Source: a virus
Taxonomy: Duplodnaviria > Heunggongvirae > Uroviricota > Caudoviricetes
Virus record (IMG/VR): IMGVR_UViG_3300046522_000750
Reading direction: 5' to 3' (one strand)
DNA: 55,224 nucleotides
A program made the translations under genes and the position numbers. The first letter of the stretch is position 1. The number at the start of each line of letters is the position of its first letter. The notes below the pieces were generated by a model. It saw only the letters and a program-made list of their open reading frames with translations. It did no database searches and was not told the DNA's origin. Below, in pieces: positions 46,566 through 55,224 of the stretch.

Positions 46566-47453
46566 TTAGGCAACCCATTTCGCTGCTAGGCCCTTAAGTT
46601 CGTCGCGGATGACGTTCAAATTACGTGGGCTTAGACGCTTCGTATCGGCAATAAAAGCGGTCAGCAGAAACCCCTCCCCGAACCATTTGTGTCCGGGCTT
46701 GACGTAGCAAGAAACCGGAGCATTGATTGTCTCTTGAAGAGCCAGCATGTCAGCCGAGACAGGAACATACTTCTTGTTCAATAGAACCCAAACAAGAACA
46801 CCCTCAGTCTTCAGCTGGTAATCATAAGCAACCAGTGCATGACCATGGAAATTTCCACTGAAAGTTTTGTAGACCGAGGCGATAAACTCCTGAGAAAGCA
46901 GATTATCCTCATCCAAAATCTCGCAATCTTCGGAAAACGAGAAGATCTTGAAATGGCCTTCCAGCAGCGGCAATCCGTGAATGCCTCGATCCATTTGAGT
47001 CGCCGGGTAATCGAAAAGCTTGCGCTCCGGATCCACCTGGCGCATCAGCATGAACAACGGCTCGACGCCACACAGTTCAGTGACCTCCACAAGATCGGTC
47101 AGCGGAATACTCCGGTCAGTGCCCACGTAACGCTCGAAAATCGTCTTCAGCAAAGCCCTGGCGCTGTGAAGGCCTGGTTTTGCCTCCAACTGCGCAAGCG
47201 AGGTCACATCCACCGTAGTTCTAGCCCTGGCGAGATCATAGGAGGTCTGCAGGCTCATCCAGTAATCAGCCTTCTCGTTGAGTACCTTCTCGAGGCGGAT
47301 GGCTGTCTCCGGGGTGATTGCGGCCTTGCCGGTCAGAATCCGACTGATACTGGCTGGCGACATGCCCATGGCCACGGCCAATTCCGAAGGCCGGACATTA
47401 ATATGGGGCAGGATTTCAGAAGAGATAATTTCGCCGGGGGATCTGATCGTCAT
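46566..47453 (-). CDS. HigA-like HTH fusion, paralog of 45333-46217
   Basis: SPGEIISSEIL...ISRILTGKAAITPETAIRLEKVL...WMSLQTSYDL; shared VDP.R.LFD.P...RG.HGLPLL. Confidence 0.8.
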   Translation of the reverse strand: MTIRSPGEIISSEILPHINVRPSELAVAMGMSPASISRILTGKAAITPETAIRLEKVLNEKADYWMSLQTSYDLARARTTVDVTSLAQLEAKPGLHSARALLKTIFERYVGTDRSIPLTDLVEVTELCGVEPLFMLMRQVDPERKLFDYPATQMDRGIHGLPLLEGHFKIFSFSEDCEILDEDNLLSQEFIASVYKTFSGNFHGHALVAYDYQLKTEGVLVWVLLNKKYVPVSADMLALQETINAPVSCYVKPGHKWFGEGFLLTAFIADTKRLSPRNLNVIRDELKGLAAKWVA

Positions 47454-47490
47454 GATGAGGCTTATCCTGAGGTAATGACCTGATTGTAGC

Positions 47491-47510
47491 TGCGCCTTGC
47501 GCAAGGCGCA
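47491..47510. promoter_or_regulatory. perfect 20-bp palindrome upstream of HigA fusion
   Basis: TGCGCCTTGC|GCAAGGCGCA. Confidence 0.6.
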
Positions 47511-47538
47511 ACTAAATAGTCAATACTCAGTAAATATC

Positions 47539-47883
47539 TCAGTGAAAGTCATCCATCTCTTTCAGTGCTTCCTCTACCGCTTCGCGAAGCTTGCCGTGAT
47601 CCATTTCCTTATGATCTTTGATCAGCTTGCGCACGCGGTTGATGCAGTCTTGCAGCGTCTCGCTGCTGGCTTCGTAGCTGGTGCATGAGCAACAGGCCGT
47701 CTCCTCCTGTCGCTGATACTCCAGAACTTGGGCCTCCAGGTCGACGACATGATCGCAGAGTTCAAGCCCGGTGGACGATGCCAGCCGCCTGGCCAGCTCA
47801 CCTTTAGCGTCATCATCGATGGTCGCATAATGAATCAATTCAAGATCGCTGAGTGCAGAGACAGGTAAGCCCATCGTATTCAT
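47539..47883 (-). CDS. coiled-coil hypothetical protein
   Basis: 114 aa, LSDLELI.YA motif. Confidence 0.65.
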   Translation of the reverse strand: MNTMGLPVSALSDLELIHYATIDDDAKGELARRLASSTGLELCDHVVDLEAQVLEYQRQEETACCSCTSYEASSETLQDCINRVRKLIKDHKEMDHGKLREAVEEALKEMDDFH

Positions 47884-48273
47884 CCAAGAAGTTTAGGCAC
47901 CTGCAAATGCGGCGCCACGTCAATATCCTGATAATACTACGCTGATTTCGTCGTTTTTAAAGCCTGACTGACGATGAAGCCACTGCTTTTTGAGCAAAAT
48001 CACTTCTCAAGCAAACCTGGCATCGTCGCCGAAACTGCATTTCAGCACGACAGCCTGAGCAGCGAGGAAGGAAAGATCTCTGATCGAGAGGGTCGCCACT
48101 TCATCGCGCAGCGATGGCTATTTTTTTGCCATCAAACCACCCTGCTCAAGGCCCGTCGACATGTAAAGGCACCGCACGGCGCGCCCTTGCGTTAGCGATG
48201 AAAGCCCGAAGGGCCGAGACGCCGCAAGCGGCTCGGTTCACGCCAGCGCGGGCCTTAAGGCAACGTCCAGGAC

Positions 48274-48291
48274 ATGACCAAATTTGGTCAT
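48274..48291. other. perfect 18-bp palindrome
   Basis: ATGACCAAA|TTTGGTCAT. Confidence 0.6.
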
Positions 48292-48332
48292 ATTTCTTAA
48301 GATTATCTCCTTTCTCTCCAGTACCCGACCAT

Positions 48333-48758
48333 TCACTTTCTTTTGATGTTGTACTCCAACATCAGCGCATAAAAGGTGCCGAAAACGAATATCATCGTAA
48401 AGTTGTCCATCTGATCTGTAGACGCGGCCACCTGCAGGAGAACAACCGTACAGAGAGCAACCGATAGAGGAATACGAGACAAGGCAAGAAAAGACGACAG
48501 GTCACTACTTATCCGTTTCCTCCTCAAGGATCCGCAAACGAGGTAACACCAGAGGTGGACGCTGAACAGCACCACATTCACGTAGGCAGATCGATTGAGG
48601 ATGAATTGATGAAGAGACTCCAAGCCTGCGTACCAGTCAAAACCCTGGGCGGTCAGATACAGAGGAGCGGACGCCAGCAGAAAAACGATCAAGGCGAACT
48701 TCAAGCACAGGCTTGCCGTCTTGTTAGAGTTAATCTTTAACCAGAATGAGTTCATCAA
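48333..48758 (-). CDS. membrane protein, dispersed member of the Cys/Trp array family
   Basis: HLWCYLVCGSLRRKRI; 4 hydrophobic segments; AT-rich. Confidence 0.75.
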   Translation of the reverse strand: MMNSFWLKINSNKTASLCLKFALIVFLLASAPLYLTAQGFDWYAGLESLHQFILNRSAYVNVVLFSVHLWCYLVCGSLRRKRISSDLSSFLALSRIPLSVALCTVVLLQVAASTDQMDNFTMIFVFGTFYALMLEYNIKRK

Positions 48759-48932
48759 TTATATCCTGTTAGGGGAATAGATAGGGGGGGGGCGCCGAGG
48801 AAAGTGAGCCGGCAACAATATATCACTTTCCTGGCTAACCTCATTCTCTTTAAAGAAGTAAAAGATATCTGCCAATTCAACAAAAAAGACGCCGGAGCGC
48901 CTTTTGTTCACAACCAGCCAATCACCGCCTTC

Positions 48933-49133
48933 TCACTCGTCTTTTCGTATGTCTGGCACTGCGTCAGGTGTAGGCTTTTGCACCAGGGGCTCAACAACCT
49001 CTTGTTCACTGAACCTCACTGCCGCCGCCGAGGCAGAGGTCATGTACCCACAAGAACATAGGACATACATCTTGTAAGGAGCGGGAGGGTCTGTTTTCTC
49101 TCTGCATTTGCTGCAGCGGTACTCAATAGTCAT
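48933..49133 (-). CDS. small Zn-ribbon protein
   Basis: YRCSKC...LCSCG. Confidence 0.6.
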   Translation of the reverse strand: MTIEYRCSKCREKTDPPAPYKMYVLCSCGYMTSASAAAVRFSEQEVVEPLVQKPTPDAVPDIRKDE

Positions 49134-49176
49134 CGGAGGTGTTGCCTATGCCAAAGTGCTTAAGGATTAACGCTGA

Positions 49177-49497
49177 TCACGGGGTGCAGTCGGAGGAATC
49201 TTCAGCACGGCGCTGGCCAGCTTCCACTGGAGGGAAGTCTATAACTCGCTGCTTGAGCAGATCAAACACCTGGCCGGCGAACTCAGGTGCTTCTTTGCGC
49301 GCTTGGGCCATATCTTCGAACCCGGTGGCCTTGTAGCCCATGTAGAAGAGGAATACCTTGCCTTCCTCTTTGCAGGCGATCATCTGCTGGCCGGCAATGG
49401 AGGTGTAGGAGTAGGAAAGATCTTCATGTTCATGCCGCCAGCTCAGGGATTTGTCGACGTATTGTTGCTTACCGCCTTTGCTCAGTTGGATTTTCAT
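49177..49497 (-). CDS. hypothetical protein
   Basis: MKIQLSKG after AGAGG. Confidence 0.65.
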   Translation of the reverse strand: MKIQLSKGGKQQYVDKSLSWRHEHEDLSYSYTSIAGQQMIACKEEGKVFLFYMGYKATGFEDMAQARKEAPEFAGQVFDLLKQRVIDFPPVEAGQRRAEDSSDCTP

Positions 49498-49661
49498 TCT
49501 GATGAACCTCTGATTCGGCCTGGGTCGCAACCAAGGCATTGGATGGGTATCAACCTAGCTTCGCATGAGCGATATTGAAAGGACTACCGCACTTCCTTAT
49601 GCATGAACATCTGGCCGCAGTGCCTGCGAAGCATCGAGGGGGTCATTTTACCAAGGCATGC

Positions 49662-50105
49662 CTATTCTACAGGCCGCTTGATCCATGATTCGACGCGGTT
49701 TGTGTCGTAGTACTTTTTCTTCTTGTAGTCGTAACCGATGTAATCGTAAAACTCGAACACGTTGTCGAAATGCACGAGATCAAACATCTGCGTTTCGTAC
49801 CGCAGCGTGTGATTACCATCACCTCGCTCTGGAATAGCCTTGTTAATATGATTCACCACCGAATCGAAGCCGTCTTGCCTTAACTGATATTCTTGCTCAT
49901 CCTCAAGATAGAAACGCCACGGCGCCGGATCTTTATGGGACATGCCATAGAGGTGAGGAAAGGATCGTTTTAGCTCGTTATTTTTGAATGCCGCCAGCGA
50001 CAGAGTGTTCCAGCGGAAACCCAGCTCGCCAAAGGTCGGCAGATCCAGCGCAATGATTTTGTGGTAGCGTCCGCCGCTCTGAAAAATCGCGTAGGTCGTT
50101 TTCAT
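49662..50105 (-). CDS. hypothetical protein
   Basis: 147-aa ORF. Confidence 0.7.
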   Translation of the reverse strand: MKTTYAIFQSGGRYHKIIALDLPTFGELGFRWNTLSLAAFKNNELKRSFPHLYGMSHKDPAPWRFYLEDEQEYQLRQDGFDSVVNHINKAIPERGDGNHTLRYETQMFDLVHFDNVFEFYDYIGYDYKKKKYYDTNRVESWIKRPVE

Positions 50106-50144
50106 CCGCTGATTTCCCTGGCAATCACCAAGACAATGGTGGTC

Positions 50145-50294
50145 TCAAGAATCTGAATCATCTTCTTCCTCAGGTTCTTCCTCGTCGGACTTGAACGCAC
50201 ACTCACCGCATTAAAGTTGATGGGGCGGCCTGTCGAAGGCATAGGCCAGATGGCAGCCGCAGCCGGCGCAAAGAATTTGCCAGGGCTTGCTCAT
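50145..50294 (-). pseudogene. Zn-ribbon mini-gene interrupted by in-frame TAA
   Basis: MSKPWQILCAGCGCHLAYAFDRPPHQL*CGECAFKSDEEEPEEEDDSDS*; ATGA coupling to upstream gene. Confidence 0.6.
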
Positions 50295-51106
50295 GCAACG
50301 ACTCCTGGCTTCTCGGCTCTTTCGGCGTCAATAGCCACGCGCAGGCGATTGGATGGAAACGGCCCAAAGGTCAGCATCACCGCGTCATCGTCCTTGCCAT
50401 TTTTGGCCCAATCAACATGGCAGAACATCAGGTGGCGGAAGCGTTCGCCATCTTCTTGCAGCGTTTGTTCTTTACCAAGCTGGCGCTGGGTGTTTTCCAG
50501 TTGCTGCTTGAGCGCTTGCACCACAGCATGACCAAAGACGACACCGTCTTGATCGGCCTTAGCCTTCCAGGTCACCCATTGAAGCTCGATATCGGGGCGA
50601 TGGTATTGACCGTCGAGACTCTCGTAGCGGTCAAACAGGCATGGCATGAGATGAAGCATTTCTTTTTCGCTGCCAGGCGATTGCTGACTGAGATACCAAT
50701 GCTCGAACTCCGCACGCGTTTCAGCTTCTGGACGTGAGAATGATTGGTCTTGAAGCTCTTTGAGCTCAACCGCCCAGTCCAGCCAGGCATCCAGGCTGTA
50801 ATCACCTTTCATGCCATGGCGTAGCATCTCGTTTTCACGGCGAAGTTCCGCCAGCTCTTGCTCAGCGGCCAGGCGAAGGCTGCGCTCTTGCGAAAGGTCA
50901 TCGACCAGACCCACGATTTTTTGTGGGTGGGCAGCCTTGATGAAAGCCGCGTTGGCCGGGCTGACGTTGTCGGCGACGTGATGGCGCTCACCGTCGTGAA
51001 TCCAAGAACCAATGCTGCTACCAGGCTCAGGCTTTTCAGCTTCCCACTGGCCTTTGCTGGCAAACAGCGCAGCGGATTTCAGGGGGCTGTAATCGGTGGG
51101 AGTCAT
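50291..51106 (-). CDS. Ead/Ea22-like phage protein
   Basis: NAAFIKAAHPQKIVGLVDDL; RAEFEHWY; Q.QW..WKA. Confidence 0.65.
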   Translation of the reverse strand: MTPTDYSPLKSAALFASKGQWEAEKPEPGSSIGSWIHDGERHHVADNVSPANAAFIKAAHPQKIVGLVDDLSQERSLRLAAEQELAELRRENEMLRHGMKGDYSLDAWLDWAVELKELQDQSFSRPEAETRAEFEHWYLSQQSPGSEKEMLHLMPCLFDRYESLDGQYHRPDIELQWVTWKAKADQDGVVFGHAVVQALKQQLENTQRQLGKEQTLQEDGERFRHLMFCHVDWAKNGKDDDAVMLTFGPFPSNRLRVAIDAERAEKPGVVA

Positions 51107-51354
51107 TTGATTTTCTTCTCCAGTTTCTCAAAATCGCGCAGGTAGCTTTCGATCTCGATGAAATACGCCCGATCATCTTCAGACAGCTTGGCCAGCGCTT
51201 GCTCGCGGGGCATCGTCCAAAAGTTTGGCACCTGGCTGGTGATCGACTCGTGCATGGCTTCCCGGTCGCGAATAGCGCACTGCATGGCGTAACGCAGAAT
51301 CTCGTTCCGGCTGCCATTTTCGTACATCGGGAGTTTTTGCTTCGGTTCTGGCAT
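51103..51354 (-). CDS. small hypothetical protein
   Basis: 83 aa, ATGA coupling. Confidence 0.65.
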   Translation of the reverse strand: MPEPKQKLPMYENGSRNEILRYAMQCAIRDREAMHESITSQVPNFWTMPREQALAKLSEDDRAYFIEIESYLRDFEKLEKKIK

Positions 51355-51389
51355 CTCGCCCCCTGCATCCTTTCTGAATTTTCGCGAGT

Positions 51390-51608
51390 TTACCCAGGTA
51401 TGGCCATGGCCTGGATTTTATCGAACACATCAGAAGCAATGGCCGAATACAACATCATCATAAGCCCACACGTAAACGACATCGCGAAAATACGGCCCCA
51501 ATCCATGTTGGTGCGAGGCCACCAGAATGCGGTAAGCACAATGAAGATGCCAATCATTGGAAAAAACATCCACAACGCGGCGAGAAGAGTTTGCAGCATG
51601 TTATTCAT
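51390..51608 (-). CDS. small 2-TM membrane protein
   Basis: two hydrophobic segments. Confidence 0.6.
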   Translation of the reverse strand: MNNMLQTLLAALWMFFPMIGIFIVLTAFWWPRTNMDWGRIFAMSFTCGLMMMLYSAIASDVFDKIQAMAIPG

Positions 51609-51999
51609 CACTCCCTGTCTTATTTTCCGCGTCTTTCGCCGCCTTGATGACACCAATCCGCAAACCGTTTTCACCTTCGACGGGGTCTAGCTCACCCAGC
51701 AGCGCTGTCATGAACGCACTCGTAAGAAGGTCACCAAGCAGCACGTTACGTATGTGGTCGATGCCTTCTTGGGTGTAATAGGTGTTTTCGTTGTCACCGC
51801 CATGTACGTATTTGACCATCATCCGGACATTTTCACCGGAGGCATTCGGGCCGAAATACGAAAGGATGCCGAAGTCTCCCTCTTCGTTGTCGACGACCAC
51901 ATAATCATCGTCGTTGGTCTCAAGGGAATTTTCCCAGGCCTCGATAGGCGCATTCAGCGCCGGGATGAAGGTGTGAGCAAAAAAGGTTGAGCCGATCAT
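51601..51999 (-). CDS. acidic hypothetical protein
   Basis: 132-aa ORF, AAGGA RBS. Confidence 0.7.
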   Translation of the reverse strand: MIGSTFFAHTFIPALNAPIEAWENSLETNDDDYVVVDNEEGDFGILSYFGPNASGENVRMMVKYVHGGDNENTYYTQEGIDHIRNVLLGDLLTSAFMTALLGELDPVEGENGLRIGVIKAAKDAENKTGSDE

Positions 52000-52065
52000 T
52001 TGATTTCCTTACTAGCGTGGCTTATTGGCCCCGGTTGAGTGGCTGGCGAACAGGCGAGGCATCCC

Positions 52066-52923
52066 TTAGCAGATTAAGCCACTGCCTACGGATTGAGCGT
52101 GAGGCAAACTCAACTGCTGATCAACCGTCAATTCCTTCAAAGCTTTCGTAACGCTTTTTGGAACCGAAAGGCGCTTGCCAATTGGAAGGTAGATCCGCCC
52201 GGTTATATTATTTCCGAACCAGCGAGGCTCATCGACACTCGAGTTACCCATGAACACCACGTGCCCTTCGGTAACGTTATGTGGATCAAGCAGAAAAACA
52301 GTATCGGGTTCTTTGGTATGAGTCGTCGGCTGAGACGCATGCGAAACCACTACGGATTTGCTGGAAGACCTTGCAGAGTTACCCAACAAAGGAACTCCCG
52401 AGTCGCTAACTCCTTTTTCAATACGGATATCATCGACAGTGACTTCTCGACGAAGATGCTTTGCCAGCTTTTTTTTGTCGAAACCAGGGTGATCACTCTT
52501 CGTGCACCCGTAGTAACCATTTTCCCAGCCGGCTTTAGAGATAACAAACTCATCACCAGGCTTCAGCCCATAAAAGTGATTGTCATAGAAACGTGTGTCT
52601 TCCTCGTACCAAGAGACTTTCACGACCTTCCAGACGTCTCCCGGCATAAACAATGTATGAAACATGCTATGTCCGCCGCTACGCTTCTTACCTTTCAGAA
52701 TCTGAACGACATCGTCTAAGTGCCCCTTAAGGCGAGATGCTGCTTCAGCTTCTTCTGCCTGAAGGGCAAGATCCTGGTCTCGCTGGTAAATCTCGAACTC
52801 TGGAACGTCCGGATATTTGATCCGAACAATCCCATTTTCGCTTGCGATGGCGTAAGTGTAGGAGCCTGGATCGCAGTTAAGATTTACCCGCTGACCTTGG
52901 ATTGTCGTGAAATTGACGGGCAT
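52066..52923 (-). CDS. hypothetical protein
   Basis: MPVNF start just after upstream stop. Confidence 0.75.
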   Translation of the reverse strand: MPVNFTTIQGQRVNLNCDPGSYTYAIASENGIVRIKYPDVPEFEIYQRDQDLALQAEEAEAASRLKGHLDDVVQILKGKKRSGGHSMFHTLFMPGDVWKVVKVSWYEEDTRFYDNHFYGLKPGDEFVISKAGWENGYYGCTKSDHPGFDKKKLAKHLRREVTVDDIRIEKGVSDSGVPLLGNSARSSSKSVVVSHASQPTTHTKEPDTVFLLDPHNVTEGHVVFMGNSSVDEPRWFGNNITGRIYLPIGKRLSVPKSVTKALKELTVDQQLSLPHAQSVGSGLIC

Positions 52924-52924
52924 T

Positions 52925-53401
52925 TTAGGCCCCAAATTCGAGGGTGATACCCGTCAGCTCGGTGAAGCGCTGAACCTTATCCTTGAATGCATCCAGCATG
53001 GGCATATCGACCAGCAAAAGGGTCTTGGACGTATTCATGAAACTGAATGCCTTGGTTACGTGCGCTTGCATGCTCGCCTGGGCGATGTAATCTTGCATGA
53101 GGTCGATACCGCCGTAACCGTCAAAACCCTTGCTCTCGGTACGCTGGAGGGAGTGAATCAGCGTTCCGATGTTTTCAACCAGATCTTCCCAGGAGCCATT
53201 TTCAGGAATCTCCGGGAGGTCATGATCACGGACGGTTTGATGCCGAGAACCCATCTTGGCACTCAGGATACCGAAAAGTGCGGCAATCGATTTCGAGTCA
53301 GTCCCAAGCGTTTCGACGAAAAGGATGGTCTGGAGGCGATCAAATTTGATTGTCATGGCGAAAAGGCTCGTCTTTAAGGTGGTCGGAATATTCGTCAGCA
53401 T
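52925..53401 (-). CDS. hypothetical protein
   Basis: MLTNIP after GAGG. Confidence 0.65.
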   Translation of the reverse strand: MLTNIPTTLKTSLFAMTIKFDRLQTILFVETLGTDSKSIAALFGILSAKMGSRHQTVRDHDLPEIPENGSWEDLVENIGTLIHSLQRTESKGFDGYGGIDLMQDYIAQASMQAHVTKAFSFMNTSKTLLLVDMPMLDAFKDKVQRFTELTGITLEFGA

Positions 53402-53631
53402 GAAAACCTCACGGGCTTTTGTCCGTGCAGGCCATTGCTCATGCAGTGAAATATAGGCCATCTTACGGTATTCTGTCAATATACCGTTTAATATTTTTGA
53501 GCCATGAGCGAGTTGATTTCGATCTGACGAGGCTGCGGTCGGCTGGGAGACTTCTCTACGTGGGTGATAAAAGCAGGACGCCTGGGCTGTTCAGGCCCAG
53601 GACTTGGTTTCGCAATGATTCCGTCTGTTGG

Positions 53632-53796
53632 TTACGCCTTATCTGCGGCAGAACCTGCCTGCTCCCCAGCAACGGGCGAAGCAGAGCTTTGGGTCAACGC
53701 CTCATCAATATCCAGGTCGAGGGAAACCGCAACAACGTGCTCTTCTGAGGCGCCAAGCTCACGATTGTCCCAGCTGTCTTCGTTCTGATTAGCCAT
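53632..53796 (-). pseudogene. 54-aa ORF resembling the N-terminus of a CopG/BrnA-type antitoxin, lacking the RHH domain
   Basis: MANQNEDSWDNRELGASEEHVVAVSLDLDIDEAL...; absent from ORF track. Confidence 0.45.
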
Positions 53797-53847
53797 GAAA
53801 TCACCTGCACTTAAAATGTTGGTCTTAGCTGATAGTTTAAGACATTT

Positions 53848-55224
53848 TTACCAGCGTGGCTTGCTCGCGCCAGTCGGATGATTGGCACTGTTGAAGTAAA
53901 TGAATGCCTCGTAGGCAGAATACGGTTCATCAATGTGATCGTCGTCATCAATGCCGAAGAACCAGCGAGTCTGGCATGGCGCGGGGTTTTGCTGGGTGAC
54001 GCCAGTTCCAGTGGCCCAGCTTAGTTTTCGGCTCCAGCCATGCAAGTATTCAGGGAGATCACTGACCCCGGAAAGCCCCAGCACGCCGGCCATCTCTTGG
54101 TCGTTAATCGGGTATACGTGAGACTTCACGTCGCACTCGCCCTTCCCCTTGATGAAGCACAGCGGCTTGAACCCTTTGTGTTTGGCGCTCTGCTTGTACA
54201 CAGAAGGGATAGACCAGCGAGAGAAATCAAGGTTGTGAACTTTGGTGCAGGGTGCGTCCAAAGCCGCCATTGCGTTCGCGGTCAGTTTTTCCTTGAACCA
54301 ATCCGTATCCTGCTTCCAGAGCGACATGAATTTCTGGTTACCGAACGTAATGAGGTAATCGGCAAGGTTAGTCCGATAGATCGTGGTCACAAACTTGCGG
54401 ACTTCTTCCTCAGTACCGGCAATGCCCTCATCAATTGAGACGAATCGCACCACCTTGCTCGCGTCATCGTGTTCATGCAGATTGCTACGTCTGTCTGGCA
54501 TAGGAATCAACTTCTTGCTGGCAAGGCTCATGCCTACAGCCTTGTTGGAGACCGGCATGAACTCCAGCGGATCAACGCTCTCAAGCGCCTCAGCGACGAA
54601 CCTCAGCTCCCAAGCAGACAACCCAAGGCTCGCGACCATGTCAGTCAGTAACGGTGCCTCAAGCGTCCAGTTTGGCTTGTAGGGCACTGGCAACGTGCTG
54701 CGCACGATAGAGTCATGCGACAGCGCAAGGCGAGCCGATTCCGAAAGACGAATAGTGCCTGGATCAACACGCCCCATTTCCTGGCTTGCCAGCTCCATCA
54801 TCATGACGAGCCAGATAATCGAATCACGGCCAATGTCTGCCACCTTTAGCAAGTTCACATCAGTGTGCTTGACCTGACTGCCCTTCCAGGTTTTATCGAC
54901 CCATTGCGGATAGCGATGGGCAAACCCATCAAGGTCAAATTTCTCCCCCAGGTTTTCGCTACCGTGTGCTTCTTGCTTCATGCTGCCCGAGAGGGTGCTC
55001 ATTTTCAGTGATGACATGTACAGGATGCGGCCAGGCTTCTTGATCCCGATAGCAGTGCTGTCATAACCGATTCGGGCCAAGTGCACGCCATTGGGCAGTG
55101 CGTACTTCAAATCTTCCACAAACTGCGCGATGGTCGGCGCGATGACAATGTCAGGTTGCAAACCTATCGCGTGGTTTTCAAAACCTGGCTCACACTGGAT
55201 CCAGCGGATGGCCATGCCCTTGTC
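53848..55224 (-). CDS. large hypothetical protein, 5' end outside window; paralog of 42429-44255
   Basis: frame open to the window edge (DKGMAIRWIQCE versus NKGMKLRWLQCE). Confidence 0.85.
   Translation of the reverse strand, partial: DKGMAIRWIQCEPGFENHAIGLQPDIVIAPTIAQFVEDLKYALPNGVHLARIGYDSTAIGIKKPGRILYMSSLKMSTLSGSMKQEAHGSENLGEKFDLDGFAHRYPQWVDKTWKGSQVKHTDVNLLKVADIGRDSIIWLVMMMELASQEMGRVDPGTIRLSESARLALSHDSIVRSTLPVPYKPNWTLEAPLLTDMVASLGLSAWELRFVAEALESVDPLEFMPVSNKAVGMSLASKKLIPMPDRRSNLHEHDDASKVVRFVSIDEGIAGTEEEVRKFVTTIYRTNLADYLITFGNQKFMSLWKQDTDWFKEKLTANAMAALDAPCTKVHNLDFSRWSIPSVYKQSAKHKGFKPLCFIKGKGECDVKSHVYPINDQEMAGVLGLSGVSDLPEYLHGWSRKLSWATGTGVTQQNPAPCQTRWFFGIDDDDHIDEPYSAYEAFIYFNSANHPTGASKPRW

Noticed and set aside
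47920-50294. Stop-codon reassignment suggested by in-frame stops in two small ORFs
   Set aside because: The interrupting codons differ (TAG, TGA, TAA) and all three stops end normal genes elsewhere in the window; pseudogenisation is simpler

Overview
This window looks like an accessory (cargo) region of a large Pseudomonas-type mobile replicon, either a megaplasmid or a large integrated element. That assignment is inferred from a Pseudomonas-like corA, host-like auxiliary genes (adk, an arfA-like gene, a nucleoside 2-deoxyribosyltransferase) and many phage-like small ORFs. No replication, integrase, conjugation, rRNA, tRNA or CRISPR features were recognised. The dominant pattern is local gene amplification. 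(1) An array of about 12 divergent small multi-TM membrane-protein paralogs (12960-21861) shares Cys/Trp motifs, is driven by four copies of a 40-bp promoter/operator, and is interrupted by an orphan restriction-endonuclease-like gene. (2) Five tandem ~410-440 aa paralog cassettes (33717-40810) have their own promoter/RBS (clear terminators flank the first three), a conserved N-terminal domain, variable C-terminal halves and Arg-rich tails. (3) There are paralog pairs of Arc-Arc-XRE regulators, lipoproteins, HigA-fusion proteins and a ~600 aa protein. Features missed by the ORF track include a 53-aa ArfA-like gene with an in-frame terminator and a C-terminal LAA degron, a 21-codon duplication-scar mini-ORF, a repeated hairpin whose outer stem differs in sequence but keeps its pairing, and small pseudogenes. 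Start codons were adjusted by eye using RBS and stop-start coupling. All family assignments come from motif recognition, not database searches.
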